A stretch of DNA of 63,663 nt, counting the filler, from Squatina squatina (Eukaryota), in assembly GCA_031763465.1 (NCBI GenBank). It is 4 parts of 4 records of this genome, joined end to end, with 100 filler letters (N's around TTAATTAATTAA, not from the genome) between each part and the next. Parts side by side here need not be neighbours in the genome. Positions count along the whole stretch, not along the records: positions 51,541 to 63,663 come from JARFOE010000057.1; 3 more parts are not named here. One strand, given 5' to 3'. Every line of letters begins with the position of its first letter. Within the stretch, counting starts at the first letter, position 1. Under the pieces are notes generated by a model, which did not search any database, was not told the DNA's origin, and saw nothing but the letters and a program-made list of their open reading frames with translations. The position numbers were made by a program, and so were the translations under genes. This document shows, piece after piece, positions 53,331-63,663 of this stretch.

Positions 53331-54816
53331 AACACAGTTGTTTATAATGAACGAGAAAATAATATTCATTTTTTTTGACCTAAGTTGAAACTTTCAAAAT
53401 AAGGTTGAGATTAGTATATTTTGAGAAACATTTTAATAAGATTTTATTGTGAAACCCAAGTGTAATTCCAGAGTTCATGGCACTGGAGTATAGTTGAAAA
53501 CTAAGAGGGAAACAAAGATAAATCAAAAAGGCGGCTGCTAAGTCCAGTTCAAAGTGGACAAAGAGGCCCTGGTAAAGAATGGGTTCGAGTAGGTGAAAGT
53601 TTAATGCGTCTTGATCTCAATACAGTGAGGATGCAGAGAGAAGGTAGGACATGTGGAATGACATATTTGGCGCTTAGGAGATACAAAACAGGAACAATCA
53701 TTATAACACTGTTCATAACATCGTTATAATAATAATTAACTGAACACAATAAATAAAATAACTATATTATATTGAGTGAATTCTTAAGACATGTACTTAG
53801 AGATGATTAGTTGTTTGCTTAGTGCATGGGGCTTTTGCAGAGATGTCAGAGACTCAAACCATCCATATAATCATGTGATGATATGTACGTAAAACAGGGG
53901 AACCATTAAAAATTAGTGTATCGATTACACTAAAATACTTTGATTTCTTCAAATATTCCACTTTTTTTTGCTTTGCAGTTGAAAGTGGTTTAGTATCTAG
54001 AAGTGGTTTTCCAACATGTGCCTATTAAAAATATTAGTAAGCACAGTCACCATCAGAATATTGCATGTCCTTAAGTAAGCTGATGAGTATGTGACCAGTT
54101 ATAAATCAACGGAGCTGCAAAGGCCAAAGATGATAGCAGTTGATTGCATAAACATATGTTGCACTCACCATGTCAATCTGTCCTGGATGAAAATCTGAGA
54201 ACTGCTATAAATCCATGATATATAATCTTTCTCATAAAATGTAAAATCTTAGCTGTATCTACAAATAGATGCATGTATGTTTGGCTATATGATTGGCTTC
54301 TATTTAGAGGTGGAAGCATAACATTTAAAACTTGATTTGCAACAAACACAATAAGCTTTTACAGAACGTGTTTTAGCAAACAATATTTTTCTTCTCTTCT
54401 GCAGGTACTGGGGTATTAACCAATCTTGAAAATGGTTGATAACGATTTGACAGGACCATTTTATATTATCTACAATTTTCCATTCCGCCCAAGAAGAATG
54501 TGCTGGCTGTTCTCTGGCATCTCTCCCGGAGTATGTTGGCAGGCTATTCAATGATGGTGAAGCATCATAGTTGAGTCCAGTCCTGAGACCACCTGATATG
54601 GACATGAATACACTTTCCAGAAGGAGCCAATGTTACAGTGGTCAGGAGCAGGAACTTTGGCTGACTTTTTCTCTTTCTGTCCCCAACCCACACACACTCA
54701 AGCCTATGAAGACTGTGGCTATTTGTAGTGTCCCAATGACTGTCTCAAGGTGAAACAAAAAAATTCAGCAAGGAGGGGGAAATCGAAGCAGGGATCCTCC
54801 TGGTACTTACCAACTG

Positions 54817-54949
54817 AACAACAACAACAACAACAACTTGTATTTATATAGTGCCTTTAATGCAGTAAAATGTCCCAAGGTGCTTCACAGGAGTATTATG
54901 AGACAAAAAATTTGACACCGAGGCAGATAAGGAGAGATTAGGGCAGGTG
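54817..54949 (-). mobile_element. L2-type 3' tail with (TTG)n
   Basis: Reverse complement of about 30620-30718 plus an (AAC)n run. Confidence 0.78.
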
Positions 54950-55056
54950 NNNNNNNNNNNNNNNNNNNNNNNNNNNNNNNNNNNNNNNNNNNNNNNNNNN
55001 NNNNNNNNNNNNNNNNNNNNNNNNNNNNNNNNNNNNNNNNNNNNNNNNNTTTCCAG

Positions 55057-55230
55057 CTGTTCCTGGAGCTCTAGATAAACCAAACATTCTGAATGCAAGC
55101 AGCAAATCTATTACATTGGCATGGACTCCACCACGTAACACCGGCAGTTCCAGGATAATTGGATATGTTGTGGAAAAGCGCAAGAAAGGTAGCAACACCT
55201 GGAGTGCTGTCACTGACACTCCAATCACAG
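55057..55230 (+). CDS. IGFN1: IGFN1-like exon, first half of an Fn3 domain
   Basis: TTCCAG and GTAATG sites, 174 nt, phase 1-1. Reads [57 protein letters not shown], close to remembered IGFN1 ([21 protein letters not shown]). Confidence 0.88.
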
Positions 55231-56053
55231 GTAATGTCAACACTCAGCCACTTGGATGCATTAGCAAACTCTTAAACTGTTTGCAGAATTTACCCTAAAA
55301 TTATTAATAATTGAAATACATGGTATATAATAACTGATATTTAAATTCTAATTTCACATAGCAGGTCATCATTTTAAAAAATAAAATGGCATTAATACTC
55401 AAAAAAAGCCTAAATTAACAAGTAATATAGCCGATCCAATATGATTACTAAAATTACTCCTAATACTCCAAACTCTTCCGTAGGAATGAAACTGGTGCTC
55501 CAGCTAAGCTGTTAAAAGGATTATTAGAAATTACTGATATTTAAAGTACCTTTCCCTAAATATCACTTTTTTACATTTGCAGGTGTTATTTTACTAGAAC
55601 AAAATTAGTGTCTCAGTTTAAGTTTGAATGCAACTATCGCCCTTTTTTTGGATTGGTAGCATGTTTTTATAAGAATTTTGAAATGAAAAATGTTTGTCAA
55701 TGTATTAAGATGTCGCATCCACATACAAAGAAACAGAGTTCAATTGTGTGGTTCAGTTGATGTGTATGATGTGCATAACCATGTCTGTGTTTAGAAATTC
55801 AATTTTTTTAGCAAGGCTGCAATGGTAGAACCTAATAAAGATTGGTTCATTTTAACTACACAATGTTCACAGAGCTCCATTCATGCTGTAGATGCTGGCA
55901 TACAGCCAAATAAAGAACACTTATCTTAATGTTTAAGTCTGAAAGGTTACAATTTAAGAACCAACAACCATTTTAATAGGAGATCCAGTTAATTAGTTGA
56001 GCTAAACGTTAACTGAACGTAGGGCAAGAAGGCCTCTTGAGCAGTTGCTGTGA

Positions 56054-56204
<151 letters not shown>

Positions 56205-56396
56205 NNNNNNNNNNNNNNNNNNNNNNNNNNNNNNNNNNNNNNNNNNNNNNNNNNNNNNNNNNNNNNNNNNNNNNNNNNNNNNNNNNNNNNNNNNNNNNNN
56301 NNNNTCCGGAACATGTGGGGCCTTTTACAAGGCTTTATGATGGCGCACGCTGTGTGTACGCCATCACTGAGACCGTGATTACAGGGCCAATCTAAC

Positions 56397-56500
56397 ATTT
56401 TAGTGTTCATTCACACTCATTGCTGTGGTGACAACTGTTTGTTTGAACTCAGAAGAGCTAATATTTTAGTGTTCATTCACACTCGTTGCTGTTGTCACAA
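56397..56500 (+). repeat. local direct repeat
   Basis: ATTTTAGTGTTCATTCACACTC(A/G)TTGCTGT at 56397 and 56463, 66 nt apart. Confidence 0.85.
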
Positions 56501-57554
56501 TTCTATTCTCTTAAACCCGGTGGCAGTCATTGCCCAGTTGGGCTGTGCTCACTGGAACCTAATGAGCTGAGTAGCATTCGGCTCAGGGACATTTCAAACC
56601 AATGAGCAGCTGCTGAAGAACCCTGGTGCCTGTTCAACTGCATATTTCATTCTCACTCACTGGAAATGCAAAATAACAAGGTTTGGATGTTTAAATAAAT
56701 CATTACAAGTAGAAAGAAGGCCAGAACTAATCAAGAAATTATAATCTAGATATAATCTTCAATGCAAAATACATGAGAAAACTGTGCACAAAGTTTTTTT
56801 TTAAATTGCACTGTGTGGTTTACATTTTATTTCTGGTTTTAAAATTCAAAAGTTAACTATACAAAACAAAGTGAAATGTTTTGGTACTAGCACCGTACAT
56901 CTGTAATTAAGTTCTTCTAAATGCTGTGCAAGTTGTCTGGGCCTGGGTTAACACCCTTTGCCCTAACTTGGCTAGTTAGAGGCATAAAATAAACAAGTCA
57001 TTGATTAGACTTCTGCCAGTTAAGCTAACAAAATGCTTTTTGAAGAAAGTCACTAACTGGAAAACTGAATCAATTAGTACCACAACAGTTGCTATTAAAA
57101 TGGGTAAAACCATGGCCAGGTTTCTAAAACAGGAAAACATCTCGTTTTCATCCGAAGAACCTTCATAGATTTGCAGCAAGTAAATTACGCCATGCAACAG
57201 TAATGTTCATATATTTAGTTTAAATATTCAGGCATTTGGTTCCCTATAATGGTCTCCAGCCACAATGCTTTGCTCTGCAGGATGGAGGCCTACATTATCT
57301 ACACACTGTTATGCTGTGATTGCTTGGCACGAGATGTCCTTATCACACCAGATTTTTCAAATGCTTTTCCAGCTGAGAGTTGCAGCTTTGTACTGTTCCA
57401 TGAGACCTGGCAACACTTACCTTATAAAAGTAGCTAGACTTGAAAGAGACTTTCTATTTTGATATGGTTCAAAAATGTTGATGTCACAGATCAGAAATAG
57501 TGCAAGGAATTGCTTTTGATAGCAATTAATTTTTTATCCTGTTTCTTTTTACAG

Positions 57555-57881
57555 ATCCAATTACTTTAAAATTGCCAAATTACAAGGCTCTAAACAATAC
57601 GAGAGCCCCTGAATTCAGTGTGAAGTTAAAGACTCACATTGCACCCAGTGGATCTGACATCAATATGAGCTGCGCTGTTAAAGGATCCCCTCCACCTAAA
57701 GTGTCCTGGTACAAAAATGATATAAATATCATGGATGATGCAAACTTCTGGTCAACAAATGTCTATGGGGTTTGTTCCCTTTGCATTTTTGGCGCAAGCC
57801 CAAAAGAGTCTGGAGAATATACAGCAGTTGCAGAGAATCCAGTTGGAAGAGCTATCTGTTCAACCACATTAATGATTCGAG
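57555..57881 (+). CDS. IGFN1: IGFN1-like exon, C-terminal I-set Ig domain
   Basis: TTTTTACAG and GTAATT sites, 327 nt, phase 1-1. Reads APEFSVKLKTH...MSCAVKGSPPPKVSWYKND...GVCSLCI...ESGEYTAVAENPVGRAICSTTLMIR. Confidence 0.9.
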
Positions 57882-58671
57882 GTAATTACAGACATTTCAG
57901 GATTTCTATTCTTTATACTTTATAAGAACAGCCTGGAAATGTTGATAAGATGCCTGTCTCATCAGGTTAATAGGTTCAAATGATAATTTTGGCTAATGAT
58001 TGAATCCTGAGACTATAATTGAATTAATTGATTTGAAGGAAATCCATGGCTGGGGGCAAGAGGATGGGGATCGTACATTATGAGAAATCGAACAGTCCAA
58101 CTCATTTTGTACTAAGCATGACAAAGAGGCCTACAACTTATTTGCATCTTCATTCCAGTTGACAGAAGTATTTGAAGATAATTGAAAACTTTAAAACTTC
58201 AATTATACTTGTAGATCTCCCATACTGTTGCTCACTAGTTCTCAGAGTGTGGCTTTTGATGTTAACCAAGGACTACTGAATCCTACTAAACGACAGTTTG
58301 CTCATCACTATATCTCATGATTGATTTAAGGTAATAATATTGCACGCTGATGCTGAAAGTTATTACCCTCACCGATATATTATTTGTAATATCATTTATC
58401 TGCCCCTTTGCAACTTTGCTTAAGATGCAAATAACTTTGTTTTTCCCTCCCCAAAACCTCTTCTTTCCAGTCACCTATGTTACACAAGTCTTTTATTCTT
58501 TGTCTCCGATATATGACTACAAAATATATATTTTCTCCCTCATACTTTCCAGGGTGGATTTGTAGTTCTTACTGAAACTTTGATGTAGCATTGCCCAGTT
58601 ATTCCCACTGTCAACTTTTCATCAACCAGCACCTGACCAGTCATTCATCATGGTTGAGGTCTGACTGACTG

Positions 58672-58810
58672 AGGTAGATCTCGACTTTGTGCGATAGTGT
58701 GAAACTGGTGATAGAGAGCCACCAGCCTGTTTTACATCTCTCCCGATTTTTATTTCAGTTGACTCGCCATCATCCATTTTTATACTATCGCACAAAGTCA
58801 AGATCTACCT
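58672..58810. mobile_element. palindromic MITE in the last IGFN1 intron
   Basis: Terminal inverted repeat of about 36 bp, AGGTAGATCT(C/T)GACTTTGTGCGATAGT(G/A)T(G/A)AAA(C/A)TGG, flanked by ACTGACTG / ACTGACTC. Confidence 0.8.
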
Positions 58811-59202
58811 ACTGACTCCAGGCAAAATGTCCAAAGGCAGCATCAAATACTCGCTGTGGAGCCAGTGCAAAGCAATAAACCTCCTACCAAACACCACCAT
58901 TTTATTCAACAGCTTAAACTGTATATAATGCTAACCAACTAGTACCATAAAATTGCATAGTTCAACTTTATTTCAGTACAGCTTTAAGAAACAGCTCAAT
59001 AATTTTCTCAGTGTTTTGACTGCCATTTTCCTTTCACATGCAGTATTTATATACCTTTGTGTTAATTAATCAATCAAAGAAAACATGGCTCTTGATTAAA
59101 AATCTCATACAATAATATTTTTAATATACTGATGCATGTGATATAATCAATAATAAAGAGATGGCACATAAAGAGATTGTTTCACTCTTCTTTGTTTCAC
59201 AG

Positions 59203-59207
59203 AATGA
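59203..59207 (+). CDS. IGFN1: IGFN1-like terminal exon, coding part (G|AA TGA = E-stop)
   Basis: Strong acceptor CTCTTCTTTGTTTCACAG. It completes the phase-1 codon and then stops, with AATAAA downstream. Confidence 0.7.
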
Positions 59208-59390
59208 AGCAACTTCGCAAAGAATATTGTTTTTAGATAAGCAGACCAAGTGAAAGAAGCAATTTAGATCAAATCATTACCACAAGTCAAAGTAAACTCC
59301 CATTTCTGACCGACATTACAGTTTGATATATAGTGAGCTGTCCGTGAAATGAATGGATACACCTGCAGAAATGATAATGAAACACGCAGA

Positions 59391-59396
59391 AATAAA
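59391..59396 (+). terminator. candidate polyadenylation signal
   Basis: First AATAAA after the inferred IGFN1 stop. Another lies at 59537. Confidence 0.45.
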
Positions 59397-62300
59397 AATA
59401 TACTACACGGGGAGGATTGTAAAATGTGATTTAAGCCTAACTATGAAACTTTGCTTTGCACTTTGTTGTGGCATTTATATTGATTAATGAGCAGACACTG
59501 ATTTTTTTTTTTAAATCGTAGCTGTTCCATTATCCTAATAAACCAGGTTTTATTTTCAGTTAAGTTGGCATACCAAATTCTTCCGATGGTCACTGGTGTT
59601 TCCTTGAAGCTGTGCAGTATACTGTGTTTCTTCAAACCAGAAATATATGCAGGGCTACACCGGATAGTACTTTTTGATATTTTACTATGTTGAATGACAC
59701 AGTCTGCTCTATTTCATAAACAGTTAGAAAGCCAGTAATTTGTTAACTTCTGGTCAAAAACTAGCCATAAATTAAGTCACCATGTAATATTTAGGCTATT
59801 GCACAACAATCAGAGCATGTGACTTAAATACATCTGTTTCTCATCAATGTAGAATAGAAATTGCAACGGATTTTCTTTAAAGGATTTTGAGTTTAATACA
59901 TAATTAATCAAGAGCATTTTATAATTATATAAACATGAGTATGGTATATGAAGTAAAACGCCATCAGAAATGTATGGAGAGTAATGTTCTAGCGCAACAA
60001 TTTTCAAACTTCTCTGTGTGGGGGAGCTCCTGCTAATATTAACCTATTTCCAGGCACCCACTAATATCCAAAGCACATTGCCAACTACTCATACAAAAAC
60101 AACAAAATGCATAAACACAGAAAAATGCCATACAAGTACAGACTGTTCCATGTATCACTGCATGTGAAATACCTCGCCCCAGTCAGAAACCTGATGGTCT
60201 CACAAACTCCTTAGGATCCCTCACTAACCTCCATGGACCCCAGTGTGAAAACATATGTTCTAGAGTTTTGTCTTGTTAAAATTGGACATTGACTTATGCT
60301 GCTTCTTTTGAATACTAACTGTAGTGAAAAGCTTAAAATTTGAAAATCTTAAGTTAAAGCGTTGCACCACTTCTCAAGCACAGTGGACTGCTTCAACCAG
60401 AGTTATTTTCTCACTTTGAGAATTGTTGAGATGGAGTCCAAATGTGTGTGCTGAGGTTTGAAAGCTGTCTTGCATAACTATGACTAGTCCTCCATGTATA
60501 TAGTACCCTCGCATTAAAATAAAACAAAAAATATTATAAAATAAGCTCTTGAATTGAAACAAAATAATCAGTAGGTAACTGTGAGATGCATGTTAATCTT
60601 ACTCATGAAGATGAACTTCCAAAGTCACTTACAATAGTTACGTTTGGATTAAAAAATATATTTTAAACAGATCCATTTGAAAATAAATACTGAAATGTTG
60701 ACTTTTATTTAAATGTATAAAATTCAATTTTGAATTAATAGTTCTCATTTCAATTTTATTTATCATGTATATTCAGACCAATGCAGGGCTTAATTTTTAG
60801 CTCACCACATTATACTGTATGAATTGCTATAAACTGCTTGATTTAGAAACTCATTTATGTAATCATCCTAATTACTTTAATTCTCAGGCAACATTTATGG
60901 GCCTTTTTTCTTTACTTTAATATAAATTAAATCATTTAAATCCAGAAGATCAACAAGTTCAAAAAGTATTTATACATTCACAGCTGGAACTATAAGGCTT
61001 CAAGCTCCAGATTTTTTTTTTAAATCAGCTGACAAGTAACATAGCCATAGACTGGCATCAGTTACAGACTGCACCAGGAACCTAAACTGAAAACCTGTAC
61101 TAATGCAGTGACGTGCCATTTTACTTGCCATAAAATCAAAGTGAAGAGCAGATGTTTGTCAATCTAGAATCCTAAAGCACTAAACAGCCTCCTACATGCC
61201 TGGAGGTAGAAATGACCTTGAGTTCTAACTGGTAAAGCAGATCACAAGAACCTACAACATCATGTCAGGGTTCCATGACCAAATCAATTTTAATGACAAT
61301 TGAGGTACAATAACCTGTCCTGCTGAGCATACAGTTGGTAGAGATGATAAACTTCTTCTCACTGTCTGAGAATGAACTAGGTTTGATTTGATTATAATTT
61401 GACCATTGAATGAGAGTTAAACTGCAGTGACGAGTTTGGGATGCAATGGCTTCCCAAGATTATGAGCGGTTCTTTCATAAGTCAGAAACTACTGTCCATT
61501 ATATTGTACTGGTAGATGGCCCAATGTACATGTAAAGATGTNNNNNNNNNNNNNNNNNNNNNNNNNNNNNNNNNNNNNNNNNNNNNNNNNNNNNNNNNNN
61601 NNNNNNNNNNNNNNNNNNNNNNNNNNNNNNNNNNNNNNNNNTCCATGCAATGGTGTTTATTCACGACTTTACCCATTAACAATTACAATGTTTTACTTTC
61701 TAAAAACCTCATTGCGTTACTTGGATTACGTGGTGGGGATATGCTCTCTAGGCTATTGACAATCGCACTGGGACTGATCAGACCGCAACCGATCACTGCC
61801 AGAGAGCTGATCAAGCCTCTGCTCCACGAGACTTCGAGCCCAACCATTCGCGTTCCTCTCCTTCTGTTCCTTCCTGTCGATCGTAAAGGCTAGCATCTGG
61901 GCCGTGCTATTCTTGCTGTCTTATACACCTTCGTGCCCGATACCAGACATTTCTGTTATTTTGCACCTTGATAGCTCCTTAGCGAAACTCTTGCTGACAT
62001 GTCAACAGCTCCTTTGATATGCGGTTTCACTCACTGATGCACTTCCTTGCTTCTGATGTCAGTTAGCGTTTTTTCTTTTAAAACGGCAAATTGTTCTCTT
62101 GTTAGCCAGACATACCTTTCAAGGTTGAATATACAGCCGACTGAATCCCAGACCATGTTACCTGCGATCTTGCAGCTGGGACCTTCAGGCTTATGTTTTA
62201 AAAGTTTCTCAGAGGGCCTTTTCTTTAATTGCCCTCAGCCGGTTTGACCAATTTCTGAGTTCAGTTTTAACAAGCTTTATACTGTCCATCAAGGTCGTTC

Positions 62301-63288
62301 ACTTTGTTGTAGATTGATTCTACAGAGCTTGGATTGGTGATTTTTTTTTTTAAAAAAACAATCTTTTTGGTAGTCTTTCCATCCTTACCACTAACTTAAA
62401 GTGGGAGTTTGTATTTTAATTGTACTGAAAATTTGTTCAAAAACATTTTGCATAACACGAAGTAGATTTAATTTTAGAAACTCTTGTAGCAAACAGGAGT
62501 TAGCACTTTCAGGATGGGAGCCACTCATGTGGCTGGAAATAATTCTTAGCAATTTTGCTTCTCTTTTAAACAGGTCTCTCAGGAGAAGTAAGAACTTTCT
62601 GTGAAACTTCAGAGGACTGTGCGTGGCCACACATCCGGGAAGTTAACTTTCCTCATCGCATATTGAAGGACCCAGTGATTGTGCTGAGCTTGGCTGAAAT
62701 TAGCTCAGTTGATTCAGTCGGAGTGACAGTAAAAACTGTTGATGTTACGGACTCTGGTTTTAAGATCCAAATTAATAACATCGGTAATTATAATCTGTCA
62801 ACTGTGAGAGTAAACTGGATGGTATGTGCATAGTTTAAGTGGCTTGGAAAATCTGCAAATTGCTTCAGGAATAGAACCCATTCCAAGAAAAGAGTTGAGA
62901 ANNNNNNNNNNNNNNNNNNNNNNNNNNNNNNNNNNNNNNNNNNNNNNNNNNNNNNNNNNNNNNNNNNNNNNNNNNNNNNNNNNNNNNNNNNNNNNNNNNN
63001 NTAGTGCAATGATTGCGACTCAAAGACTCACTTTACAGGACTCTGTTCAAGGGCTTGGTTCTTGATGAATTTTCACATGCAATTAATTATCTTCGTTCTT
63101 GAATAGCCTCAGACAGATACCCTACAGCTTGAGGAACATGACTATATAATTCTTTAGATTTGGATATAACTTATTCGTTAAATATTTTAGCCACCTTTTA
63201 TGGTGACTCATAAGGTTACCAGCATAAACACCAAAGGAGTGTTTTGTGTTTATATTAACTCTGTTATACCATCTTTTATTTCTGCCAG

Positions 63289-63456
63289 TCTGTTGAAAAC
63301 TGTGTCTGCATCCTACACAACCTCTCATACCACTTGGATTCAGAAATGCCAACCGCATTCCCCCACTGTAATGAGAATGGAAGTACGCAAGTCCGAAATA
63401 AAACAAAGAAGTCCTCTGTCGGCTGTTTCAGCCCTGGAAGTGATCAGTTGGATGAG
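63289..63456 (+). CDS. PKP1: plakophilin-1 internal exon (armadillo repeat plus insert)
   Basis: TTTCTGCCAG and GTAACT sites, 168 nt, phase 0-0. Reads SVENCVCILHNLSYHLDSEMPTAFPHCNENGSTQVRNKTKKSSVGCFSPGSDQLDE, against remembered human SVENCMCVLHNLSYRLDAEVP...KSSTGCFS. Its position after IGFN1 supports PKP1 over PKP2/3. Confidence 0.87.
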
Positions 63457-63663
63457 GTAACTATGCATGTGATTTCTGTTGCTTTCGAGATGTTTTAATG
63501 AATTGTGACCTGTTGAGGCCTCTAAAGTCATACATTGTCCATCGTTTGAATTTCACTACTCCTTTTCAATATGGTAATATAAACCCCAAGCAAAATAAAT
63601 GCATAGGGGTGATTTTGTTTCTCCTTTTAGCAAGTTTCCCCAAAAACTAGGAGCATAAGAAAA

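Noticed and set aside
62391-62630. ORF starting THSPLK, like the PKP1 N-terminus (NHSPLK)
   Set aside because: Wrong strand, non-ATG start and no further similarity.

Overview
Eukaryotic, intron-rich vertebrate DNA from a gappy draft assembly. The repeat complement (DeuSINE/SacSINE1-type SINE, CR1, L2, RTE, Penelope-like, PIF/Harbinger) points to a cartilaginous fish, most likely a shark. Three artificial N44-TTAATTAATTAA-N44 linkers split the window into four joined segments (1-17377, 17478-37387, 37488-51440, 51541-63663), and many 100-N gaps lie within them. Recognisable host exons are: the 3' part of a TSHR hinge exon (27148-27278, minus); three GATA6-like exons covering the C-terminal zinc finger, basic region and Ser/Thr-rich region (35165-36131, minus); four 3' exons of an IGFN1-like Fn3/Ig gene (55057-59207, plus); and one plakophilin-1 armadillo exon (63289-63456, plus). 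The IGFN1-PKP1 order matches the mammalian one. The TSHR, PKP1 and zinc-finger reading frames are absent from the supplied ORF track. The best second-look items are a 5'-truncated TSHR exon sitting just downstream of GATA6, minimal hammerhead-ribozyme motifs in Penelope terminal repeats, and several inverted transposon structures. I found no convincing previously undescribed system, and the odd gene adjacencies may be scaffolding artefacts. Homology calls rest on remembered protein sequences, not database searches, and repeat boundaries are approximate.
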